A stretch of DNA of 13,456 nucleotides from positions 1-13,456 of the forward strand of contig JANLWX010000173.1 of the NCBI GenBank assembly GCA_031364845.1, in the 5' to 3' direction. The DNA comes from Candidatus Eiseniibacteriota bacterium (GTDB lineage Bacteria; Eisenbacteria; RBG-16-71-46). Below, piece by piece: positions 1 through 7,411 of the stretch (position 1 is its first letter; every line of letters begins with the position of its first letter). The position numbers and the translations under genes are program-made. A model generated the notes under the pieces. That model saw only the letters and a program-made list of their open reading frames with translations. It made no database searches and was not told the DNA's origin.

Positions 1-353
1 TCGAGATCCGCGAGCGTGCGCTCGGGGAATTCTCCGGCCGCGCTCAGGAATGCCGCATGCGCAAGCAGCGACACGCGACCCTCGCGGCCGGTTGCGTCCA
101 GCTCGGAGCCAAGTCCGAAGGCGAGCGTCACCGAAACCCCCGGCGCCTGGCGGAGGTCACGCGTCACGACGCGCAGGCCGTTCGGAAGCTGCCACGAATC
201 GACCACGGTGGTATCGGCGAGCCGCCGCGCTGCGGCCTCAGCCGGTGCCGGTGCCGTAACGAGCACGGCGAGCAGCCCCGCGGCCAGCATGAGGGGAAGG
301 TGCTTGAAGCCGGCGAGCCGGGAGCATGGAGAATGCGGCGCGATAAGCCTCAC
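1..353 (-). CDS. Secreted M16 (insulinase) family peptidase-like protein, N-terminal part (runs off the left edge); probably non-catalytic
   Basis: Not in the ORF track because it has no stop in the window. Manual minus-strand translation from GTG at 353, with GAGG (complement of 361-364) upstream: MRLIAPHSPCSRLAGFKHLPLMLAAGLLAVLVTAPAPAEAAARRLADTTVVDSWQLPNGLRVVTRDLRQAPGVSVTLAFGLGSELDATGREGRVSLLAHAAFLSAAGEFPERTLADL. It has a hydrophobic signal segment and the M16 N-terminal pattern LPNGLRVV...GS..D..G.EG...LL.H..F. An alternative in-frame ATG is at 290. Confidence 0.8.
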   Translation of the reverse strand, partial: MRLIAPHSPCSRLAGFKHLPLMLAAGLLAVLVTAPAPAEAAARRLADTTVVDSWQLPNGLRVVTRDLRQAPGVSVTLAFGLGSELDATGREGRVSLLAHAAFLSAAGEFPERTLADL

Positions 354-456
354 GCGGGAACCTCACTGGTATCGGGAATGGACGACCGGGAGCGGGGAGA
401 ATCCTAGCACGGCCCGCGCGTGATTGGACGAAGTTGGCGCGTGGAATGACCCCGGC

Positions 457-486
457 TTGACCCCCGCACGAGCAGGTTCCTACACT
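457..486 (+). promoter_or_regulatory. Putative sigma70-type promoter for rpiB-add
   Basis: TTGACC (457-462), 18-bp spacer, TACACT (481-486). The ATG at 495 follows after 8 nt with no SD sequence. Confidence 0.6.
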
Positions 487-494
487 CGGCACCC

Positions 495-1058
495 ATGGCC
501 TTGGTCGATGAAGGCGAAGTCAGACGTCTGGTGCGCCAGGCGGTCGAGCGCGCGCTCGCGGAGCAACCGGCTCCGTCAACGCCAGCTCCGGCCCCCGGTG
601 CGACCGCAGCGCGCCGTGTGGCGATCGGCTCGGACCACGGCGGGTTCCCACTCAAGGAAGTCCTCAAGCGCTACCTGACTGAGGATCTGGGCTACGAAGT
701 GAGGGATTGCGGCACCCACTCGACCGAAGCCGTCGACTATCCCGATTTCGCGGCGGCGGTGGCGCGCGAAGTCGCAAGCGGGCGCTGCGTGAAGGGCGTG
801 GTGATCGACGCGGCAGGTATCGGCTCGACGATGGCGGCCAACAAGGTCGCGGGCGCGCGCTGTGCGCTTTGCCACGACGACGCCACCGTGCTCAATGCGC
901 GCGAACACAATGACGCGAACATCCTCGCACTCGGATCCCGGGTCGTGAATCGCGGTCTCGCCAGCAGCATGGTGCGGCTGTTTCTCTCCACATCGTTCGG
1001 CGGCGGGCGCCACGAGCGCCGCGTTCAGAAGATCATGGCCCTCGAGCGCGGCCAGTGA
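495..1058 (+). CDS. rpiB: Ribose-5-phosphate isomerase B (RpiB/LacAB family) with N-terminal amphipathic extension
   Basis: Motifs AIGSDHGG, DYPD, GIGSTMAANKVAGARCALC, AREHNDANILALG and FGGGRHERRV. About 40 extra N-terminal residues (helix plus Pro/Ala linker). Confidence 0.93.
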   Translation: MALVDEGEVRRLVRQAVERALAEQPAPSTPAPAPGATAARRVAIGSDHGGFPLKEVLKRYLTEDLGYEVRDCGTHSTEAVDYPDFAAAVAREVASGRCVKGVVIDAAGIGSTMAANKVAGARCALCHDDATVLNAREHNDANILALGSRVVNRGLASSMVRLFLSTSFGGGRHERRVQKIMALERGQ

Positions 1059-1083
1059 GCGGATCAACCCAGGAGAGCCCTGC

Positions 1084-2157
1084 ATGAGGATGACCCAGCA
1101 CGTCATCGAGCGACTTCCGAAGACCGATCTCCACTGTCACCTCGACGGCTGTCTGCGCCCGCGCACCATCCTCGAACTCGCCGATCTGCAGGGCGTGCGG
1201 CTTCCGACGCGAAATCTGCCCCAGCTCACCCGGATTCTCGAAGCGGGCAAGCGCACCCGCAATCTCGCCGACTACCTCAAGATCTTCGACTACACGCTGA
1301 GCGTGATGCAGGAGCGCGACGCGCTCTACCGCGTCGCGTGGGAACTGGTCGAGGATGCGGCCGCGGAGAACGTGCGGCATCTCGAGGTGCGTTACTCGCC
1401 GATCCTCCATCGCATGAAGCGTCTGCCCTACGATCAGATCGTCGAGACCGTGATCAAGGGACTCGCGGACTCGGGTAAGAAGCACAATGTCTCGACCGGA
1501 GTCATCATCTGCGGCATCCGCTCGATGGATCCGCGCAAGTCGGCGGCACTCGCCGAACTTGCGGTCGAGTACAAACATCGCGGCGTGCTCGGGTTCGATC
1601 TCGCGGGCCAGGAGAAGGACTATCCGGCCAAGGCACACCGCGCCGCGTTCCAGATCGTGATCAAGAACAACGTGAACTCGACCGTTCACGGCGGCGAAGC
1701 GTTCGGGCCCGAGAGCATCGCGCAGGCACTGCACTACTGCGGCGCGCATCGGATCGGGCACGGCACACGGCTGATCGAGTCGCCGGATCTGCTGCGCTTC
1801 GTCAACGATCACCGCATTCCGCTCGAGGTGTGCCTGACCTCGAACGTCCAGACCCGCGCGGTACGCACGCTCAAGGAGCATCCGTTCCGCGATTACTTCC
1901 GGCTCGGGCTGCGGGTCACACTCAACACCGACAACCGGCTGATGTCGGCGACGACCGTGAGCAAGGAGCTGGCACTCGCGTCGCGCACGTTCCGGCTCAA
2001 CCCCTACGAGATGAAGCGGATCATCATCAACGGCTTCAAGAGCTCGTTCCTGCCGTACGCGCAGAAGGCCCGGATGCTGCGTGAGGTGAACCTCGAGATC
2101 GACCGTGTGTTCATGGAGGAGTACCCGGAGGAGTACGACCGGCGAGCGAGCTACTGA
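1084..2157 (+). CDS. add: Adenosine deaminase family protein
   Basis: Motifs LPKTDLHCHLDG (metal-binding HxH), EVRYSP, GFDLAGQE, TVHGGE, RIGHG, LEVCLTSN and NTDNRLMS. SD AGGAGA at 1071-1076. Confidence 0.93.
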   Translation: MRMTQHVIERLPKTDLHCHLDGCLRPRTILELADLQGVRLPTRNLPQLTRILEAGKRTRNLADYLKIFDYTLSVMQERDALYRVAWELVEDAAAENVRHLEVRYSPILHRMKRLPYDQIVETVIKGLADSGKKHNVSTGVIICGIRSMDPRKSAALAELAVEYKHRGVLGFDLAGQEKDYPAKAHRAAFQIVIKNNVNSTVHGGEAFGPESIAQALHYCGAHRIGHGTRLIESPDLLRFVNDHRIPLEVCLTSNVQTRAVRTLKEHPFRDYFRLGLRVTLNTDNRLMSATTVSKELALASRTFRLNPYEMKRIIINGFKSSFLPYAQKARMLREVNLEIDRVFMEEYPEEYDRRASY

Positions 2158-2224
2158 GCCGACGGGTGGTATCGACGACTGGACGTCGCGCCCGGAACGC
2201 GCTGTGATGATTGCGGTAAATTGC

Positions 2225-2252
2225 TTGACCGCGTCCGGGCTTCTGGTAGCTT
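2225..2252 (+). promoter_or_regulatory. Putative sigma70-type promoter (extended -10) for the TBDR operon
   Basis: TTGACC (2225-2230), 16-bp spacer ending TGG, TAGCTT (2247-2252), located in the 127-bp gap between add and the TBDR ATG at 2285. Confidence 0.5.
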
Positions 2253-2284
2253 CGGCAATCTCCATCCTCCAACCCGGCCAACGA

Positions 2285-5086
2285 ATGCTCCGATCCCGAA
2301 AACTTTCGCAGCTCCTGACGCTCATCGCGCTCGTTCTCCTTCCCGTGCTCGCGCACGCGCAGGACAAGGGCACGATTGCGGGCCGCGTGACCGACAAGAA
2401 AACGGGTCACGCGATTCCGTTCGCGAACGTGGCGGTGATCGGCGCCCAGCGCGGCGCGCTCACCAGCTCCGAAGGCGACTACGTCGTGACCGGCGTGCCG
2501 GTCGGGACGTGGGAGGTCAAGGTCCAGTACCTGGGCTACGAGCCCGGCGTGCGGGCCGGTGTGGTGGTCGCCGCCGGCAAGTCGACCCCGGTCAACTTCC
2601 TGCTCCAGGACATCGTGGTGAGCCAGGTCAAGACCGTCGAGGTCACGGCCGAGCGCCGCCTGGTCGAAGTGAAGCAGGGCACGACGATCCGCAGTGTGGG
2701 GGCGAGCGAGATCCGCAACCTCCCGGTCCAGACCATCGGCGAAGTGCTCCAGCAGCAGGCCGGCATCAACACCGAGAACGATCAGATCCACGTGCGCGGC
2801 GGCCGCGCGGACGAAACCATCTTCGTCGTGAACGGCGTGGCGAACCGCGATCTGGTGACCGGCCAGTCGACGGCGGGCCAGTTGAACGCGCGCTCGGTGT
2901 CCGAGGTCAACGTGGCGACTGGCGCCTACGACGTGCGCTACGGTAACGCGCTCTCGGGCGTGGTCGAGATCAAGCTCAAGGAGGGTGGCGACCGGCTCGC
3001 AGGCGGCATCACGATGACGAGCGGCACCTTCGGCGGACGCGCGTTCCAGGGTGTGATCGGCGGCCCGGACCCGCTGCTCGGTCCGCTGTTCCACGCGATC
3101 GGACTCAAGGGCTCGGTCGCTTCGATCCTCGATGTGTCGGGCAACACGTACGAGACACGGTTCCTCGCGAACCCGAGCGGCAATTGGGCGAGCGGCATGT
3201 TCAACGGCGGCTCGCGCCCGCGTCCGCGGCTGCGCTCGAGCTATGAGGACAACTTCTTCGGACGCAAGTTCACCTACGGCGATTTCTTCTCGCCTGCGGC
3301 CGACAACCGCTGGTCGGCGCGCCTCGGGGTCACATGGAAGCCGAGCAACGTCGATCGTGTTTCGATGAACTTCTCGAAGCGCATCGGGATCGACCAGGGA
3401 TTCAGCCGCACGTTCATCAACGCGACCGGCGACCAACAGGATCCGGCCTATCCCTGGATCTGGGACCACCGCATCGATCGCGCGCAGACGATCTTCGAGG
3501 ACAACGCGCAGTCCTCGATCGAATGGCGCCGCTCGCTCTCGACCTCGGGCTACACCACGTTCCAGCTTTCGCGCTACTTCTTCGCGCAGCGCGAGGACGT
3601 CGCGGGCCAGCAGTGGCCGGAGTTCACCCAGCCCGACGATCGCTCGGCGTTTCCCGACACCACGGATGCGCGCCGCGACGACTACTTCATCGACTCGGGC
3701 GACGATGACACCTGGCAGGACCGCCGCACGCTCACCTACGCGCTCGAGTGGGGACTCACACAGCGTATCAAGCGCCACGAACTCGAGTTCGGCTTCGAGC
3801 ACCAGTTGCAGAGCGTGCAGTACCTGACCATCCAGGATCCGTGGATCTTCGATCCCGACGGGCTCGGACGCGCGCACGATCTGTGGCAGGTGCATCCGTG
3901 GGTCGGAAACTTCTATCTGCGCGACCGGCTCGAATACGAAGGCTTCACCGCGAACATCGGCGTGCGCGGGGACTACTGGTTCCTGGGGCGCGAGGCCGAG
4001 GTCGCACTCGCCGACACCGCGAACCCCAACATCACGTCCGACACACGCAACGCGTTCTACGACAAGACCCATGACTTCTTCGGGCGGCGCTACAAGTTCA
4101 ACCTGTCGCCGCGCGTGATCGTGGCCCACCCGATCACCGAGAACAGCAGCTTCTTCTTCAACTACGGCCAGTTCACGCAAAACCCCTCGTATCGCTACGT
4201 GTATTCCAAGCTCACGTCGATCTCGAGCGAGTCGTTCCCGCTGCTCGGCAACCCGAACATCAATCCGCAGGTGTCGGTGAACTACGAAGTCGGCGCGAAG
4301 CATCAGTTCCTGCCGCGCGCCGCGGTCAACGTGTCGTTCTTCGTGAAGGACGTCTACGACTATCCGACCGCGACCCGCTTCGAGGTCACCGAAGGAACCA
4401 CCGGCAACCCGGTTCCGATCTTCGTGTACCTGAACGGCCACTTCGCGCGCTCGAAGGGCTTCGAGATCGAATTCGAGAAGCGCCGCAGCAGCCACTGGGC
4501 CGGCAAGCTCACCTACACGTTCCAGCAGACCAAGGGCAAGTCGAGCGATGCGAACGAGCAGAAGGTGGTGCAGGCCGAAGGCGGAGACGCGTCCGAGACC
4601 CGGCTGTCCGAGACGTTCGTGAACTGGAATCGCCCGCACAAGCTGTCGGCGTCGTTCGATCTGCGCTACGACGACGAAGCTCCGGATGTGATGAAGTGGT
4701 TCAAGCACTCGGGCTTCAACCTGTTCGTCCAGGGAATTTCGGGCCGTCCCTACACGCCGTCGGATCTGCGCGGCGACGCGTCGGGCTCGCCCAATTCCAA
4801 GAACGCGTTGTTCCAGATCACGACCGACATGCGCGTGAATCGCTATGTGAAGATCGGCGGCCGCCGTCTCGACCTGTCGCTGGCCGGCACCAACGTGTTC
4901 GGCAATCAGATCATCTATCGCGTCGATCCGCAGACCGGCAGAGGCCGCGTGTTCGGGGAAGGCTCCTTCGACCCCGACAATCCGTTCCTCGACGTCAACG
5001 ACTACGTGCGCGTTTCGCAGCTGGACGATCCGTCCAACTACGGGCCGGGCGCGCAGTGGAGGGTGTCGCTCGACTATGACTTCTAG
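2285..5086 (+). CDS. TonB-dependent outer membrane receptor with N-terminal carboxypeptidase-regulatory-like domain (933 aa)
   Basis: Start moved from 2105 to the ATG at 2285, which gives the signal peptide MLRSRKLSQLLTLIALVLLPVLAHA. It is followed by GTIAGRVTDKKTG..IPFANV (CarboxypepD_reg-like), a TonB-box-like VEVTAERR, plug motifs IHVRGGRADE and GAYDVRYGNALSGVV, barrel motifs SPRV and GNPNINPQ.SVNYEVG, and a C-terminal beta-signal VSLDYDF. Confidence 0.93.
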   Translation: MLRSRKLSQLLTLIALVLLPVLAHAQDKGTIAGRVTDKKTGHAIPFANVAVIGAQRGALTSSEGDYVVTGVPVGTWEVKVQYLGYEPGVRAGVVVAAGKSTPVNFLLQDIVVSQVKTVEVTAERRLVEVKQGTTIRSVGASEIRNLPVQTIGEVLQQQAGINTENDQIHVRGGRADETIFVVNGVANRDLVTGQSTAGQLNARSVSEVNVATGAYDVRYGNALSGVVEIKLKEGGDRLAGGITMTSGTFGGRAFQGVIGGPDPLLGPLFHAIGLKGSVASILDVSGNTYETRFLANPSGNWASGMFNGGSRPRPRLRSSYEDNFFGRKFTYGDFFSPAADNRWSARLGVTWKPSNVDRVSMNFSKRIGIDQGFSRTFINATGDQQDPAYPWIWDHRIDRAQTIFEDNAQSSIEWRRSLSTSGYTTFQLSRYFFAQREDVAGQQWPEFTQPDDRSAFPDTTDARRDDYFIDSGDDDTWQDRRTLTYALEWGLTQRIKRHELEFGFEHQLQSVQYLTIQDPWIFDPDGLGRAHDLWQVHPWVGNFYLRDRLEYEGFTANIGVRGDYWFLGREAEVALADTANPNITSDTRNAFYDKTHDFFGRRYKFNLSPRVIVAHPITENSSFFFNYGQFTQNPSYRYVYSKLTSISSESFPLLGNPNINPQVSVNYEVGAKHQFLPRAAVNVSFFVKDVYDYPTATRFEVTEGTTGNPVPIFVYLNGHFARSKGFEIEFEKRRSSHWAGKLTYTFQQTKGKSSDANEQKVVQAEGGDASETRLSETFVNWNRPHKLSASFDLRYDDEAPDVMKWFKHSGFNLFVQGISGRPYTPSDLRGDASGSPNSKNALFQITTDMRVNRYVKIGGRRLDLSLAGTNVFGNQIIYRVDPQTGRGRVFGEGSFDPDNPFLDVNDYVRVSQLDDPSNYGPGAQWRVSLDYDF

Positions 5087-6194
5087 GCGGAAGCGTCTGA
5101 GGACGTCGATTGCTGCGTTGGCTGCGTCGCTCGTCACTGCGACGTATCTCACGATACGTCTCGCTCCTCGCTCCTTGCCGCCTTGCACTCGACGCCCTCA
5201 GACGCTTCCGCCGTGCCTCGGCGTTTTGCTTCTGGTCGCGTGCGCCGCGACGAATACGGCACATGCGCAGTTCTCGCTGGGTGAGCAGCGTGCGGGGACC
5301 TCGTCGGGGACGTTCCTCAAGATCGGGATCGGTGCGCGCGCGATCGGACTTGGCGAGGCGTTCGTCGCGGTCGCCAACGATCCGACGGCGGTGTACTGGA
5401 ATCCGGCGGGGCTCGCCTCGATGCAGCGCCAGGAGATCTCGCTCAACCACGCGTCGTGGCCCGGGGACGTGAACTACGAGCACATCAGCTATGTGCTGCC
5501 GGTGCGCCGGCTCGGCGGATCGCTTGGCTTCCAGATCGGGGCGCTCAGTACCGAGATCGACGAGACCACCGAGTTCCAGCCGTTCGGAACCGGGCGCTCG
5601 TTCTTCTATTCCGACTTCATCGCGGGCGCCGCCTATGCGCGGCGCTGGACCGACAAGCTCCTGATCGGCGCGGGCGTGAAGTACGTGCGCGAGGATCTGG
5701 GCTCCGACGTCGGCGGGCCGACCTCGAACGCGATCCTGGTCGACATCGGATCGATCTACTACCTCGGTTACGGCAGCGTGCGCATCGCGACGTCGCTGTC
5801 GAACTTCGGCTCGGTGTTCAAGCCGGGCGGTCAGTACGAGTCGCCGGTCACCGGGGAAGTGCGGACCTACGATCCGTTCGATCCACCCACCATTTTTCGC
5901 TACGGCATCGCGTTCGAACCGATCGAGAACGCTTCGCAGCGGCTCACGACGTCGTTCGAGGTGAATCAGCCGGCGGACAACTCACAGGTCATGAAGGTCG
6001 GTCTCGAGTGGACATGGGAGCGCCGCGTGGCATTGCGCAGCGGCTACAACTTCAGCTCCGACGATTTCAAGTACTCGGCCGGCGCCGGCTTCTACGCGTC
6101 GATCGGCCAGTCACTGGCCGAGATCGACTACGCCTACACGCACGCAGAGTTCCTCGAAGCGGTGCACCGCGTGTCGCTCGGACTGCGGTTCTGA
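5076..6194 (+). CDS. PorV/PorQ-family (FadL-like) outer membrane beta-barrel; start uncertain because of the inserted palindromic element
   Basis: Family signature FLKIGIGARAIGLGEAFVAVANDPTAVYWNPAGLA and C-terminal beta-signal HRVSLGLRF. Signal-peptidase-like site AHA/QF. The ATG at 5076 overlaps the TBDR 3' end. Confidence 0.88.
   Translation: MTSRRKRLRTSIAALAASLVTATYLTIRLAPRSLPPCTRRPQTLPPCLGVLLLVACAATNTAHAQFSLGEQRAGTSSGTFLKIGIGARAIGLGEAFVAVANDPTAVYWNPAGLASMQRQEISLNHASWPGDVNYEHISYVLPVRRLGGSLGFQIGALSTEIDETTEFQPFGTGRSFFYSDFIAGAAYARRWTDKLLIGAGVKYVREDLGSDVGGPTSNAILVDIGSIYYLGYGSVRIATSLSNFGSVFKPGGQYESPVTGEVRTYDPFDPPTIFRYGIAFEPIENASQRLTTSFEVNQPADNSQVMKVGLEWTWERRVALRSGYNFSSDDFKYSAGAGFYASIGQSLAEIDYAYTHAEFLEAVHRVSLGLRF
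5086..5212. mobile_element. 127-bp palindromic MITE-like element (ERIC/RPE-like)
   Basis: Terminal inverted repeats of 28 bp, 26/28 identical: GGCGGAAGCGTCTGAGGACGTCGATTGC (5086-5113) and GCACTCGACGCCCTCAGACGCTTCCGCC (5185-5212). Perfect central hairpin GACGTATC-TCAC-GATACGTC (5141-5160). TA lies immediately left (5084-5085). Confidence 0.8.
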
Positions 6195-7411
6195 TGCGCG
6201 CGACCGAACGCATAAAGGCGGCGACGCCCGCGACCGCCGCGGCCGCCGCGGTTCTGGGGATCGCGCTGGGGGCGGCACTGCTCGCAGGCTGCGGAGCCCA
6301 GTTCGAACTGCCGACCGAGCGCCGCCAGGATCGCGCGATCCCGAGCGATCGCAGTTATCAGATGGAAGCGACGTGGACCGGCATGTCCGGCGTGAACGAC
6401 ATCCTGCTCACGCCTTCGGGTCAGTTATTCGTGGTGTTCAACCATGGCGGCTCGGGTACCTCATCGCGCGGCGAGGTGCAGGCGTTCGCGCGGCTCGCGA
6501 GCGGCGGCAACCAGACCCCGCTGCCCAACTATCCGTTCCGCACGTTGTTCAACCCGGTCGCGATCACCCAGGGCGGCAGCAACCTGTTCGTGCTCGATCA
6601 GGGCGACACGTGTCTCGCGCGCCGCAATCCCGCGAACGGCTCGTGTGGCGCCGATGAGACGTGGAACAACGACGTCGTCGACCTGCTGCACTACTGGCGT
6701 GTGCGCGAATACAACCTGGTCGGCACGGGCGGCGGAGCGCTGGATACGGTGAGTACGTTCACCGACACGAGCATGGCATTCGTCGACGGTATCGCGGCCG
6801 ACGATCTCGGGCGCGTCTACCTGTCGGGAACCATCATTCGCTACGTCGTGGATCAGATCGACACGCGCATCTTCACGCGCACGTTCTTGAAGCGGATCCA
6901 GCGCTACGCGCGCGGGCCGCGCTATCCGGGTGTGACCCCCAACGATCCCAATATGCCGGGTGCCGCGTGGCACCGCGACACGACGTGGATCATCGAGGAC
7001 GGCGACGGCGGCGGCTTCATCGGCGATCCGCGTGGCATGCACTGGCGCTCGGCGAACGGGACCCGCGCGCTCTACGAAGCGGACGCGTTCAAGAACCAGG
7101 CACAGAAGCTCTACGACAACATCTCGAGCACGCCGTTCTTCGTCGTCGACAGCGATGATCTCGGCGAGCGCATGGCCTCCCCGACCGACGTGTTCGCCGA
7201 CGAGGCCGGAGCGCTCTACGTCGCTGACACCGGCAATCGCCGGGTGCTGCGTTATCTGCCGGACGGCTCGTTCATCCAGCGCGTCGATGTCGAACGCGAC
7301 GCACAGGGACAGGAGCTGGTCGCGCCGGTTGCGGTGGCGGCGGACAGTTCGCTCGTATTCGTCGGGGACCGGTCGCTCGGCAAGGTCATTCGTTATCGGA
7401 GGCGCCAGTGA
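6194..7411 (+). CDS. Lipoprotein with NHL-repeat beta-propeller (405 aa)
   Basis: The likely start is the ATG at 6194, overlapping the PorV stop (TGATG), rather than 5456. Lipobox LLAG-C33. NHL-like repeats: PVAITQGGSNLFVLDQG, GIAADDLGRVYLSG, PTDVFADEAGALYVADTGNRRVLRY, PVAVAADSSLVFVGDRSLGKVIRY. Confidence 0.85.
   Translation: MRATERIKAATPATAAAAAVLGIALGAALLAGCGAQFELPTERRQDRAIPSDRSYQMEATWTGMSGVNDILLTPSGQLFVVFNHGGSGTSSRGEVQAFARLASGGNQTPLPNYPFRTLFNPVAITQGGSNLFVLDQGDTCLARRNPANGSCGADETWNNDVVDLLHYWRVREYNLVGTGGGALDTVSTFTDTSMAFVDGIAADDLGRVYLSGTIIRYVVDQIDTRIFTRTFLKRIQRYARGPRYPGVTPNDPNMPGAAWHRDTTWIIEDGDGGGFIGDPRGMHWRSANGTRALYEADAFKNQAQKLYDNISSTPFFVVDSDDLGERMASPTDVFADEAGALYVADTGNRRVLRYLPDGSFIQRVDVERDAQGQELVAPVAVAADSSLVFVGDRSLGKVIRYRRRQ

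Noticed and set aside
16..423. Plus-strand ORFs 16-423, 50-259 and 57-407
   Set aside because: They are shadows of the minus-strand M16-like gene, with Ser/Arg/Ala-rich junk translations.
2105..2284. N-terminal extension of the TBDR in the ORF track
   Set aside because: It overlaps add and the putative promoter. The signal peptide begins at ATG 2285.
2111..5188. 1025-aa minus-strand ORF (likewise 1033-2397, 6461-7591, 7588-9744, 9942-10916, 11853-13325)
   Set aside because: These are antisense shadows of well-supported plus-strand genes, expected with high GC3, and show no recognisable motifs.
5086..5212. Intrinsic terminator between TBDR and porV
   Set aside because: No poly-U tail, the length and TIR architecture fit a MITE-like element, and the downstream gene appears coupled.
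5456..6193. 246-aa N-terminal extension of the NHL lipoprotein ORF (possible fusion or frameshift)
   Set aside because: It is an Arg-rich off-frame reading of porV. The coupled ATG at 6194 gives a proper lipoprotein signal.
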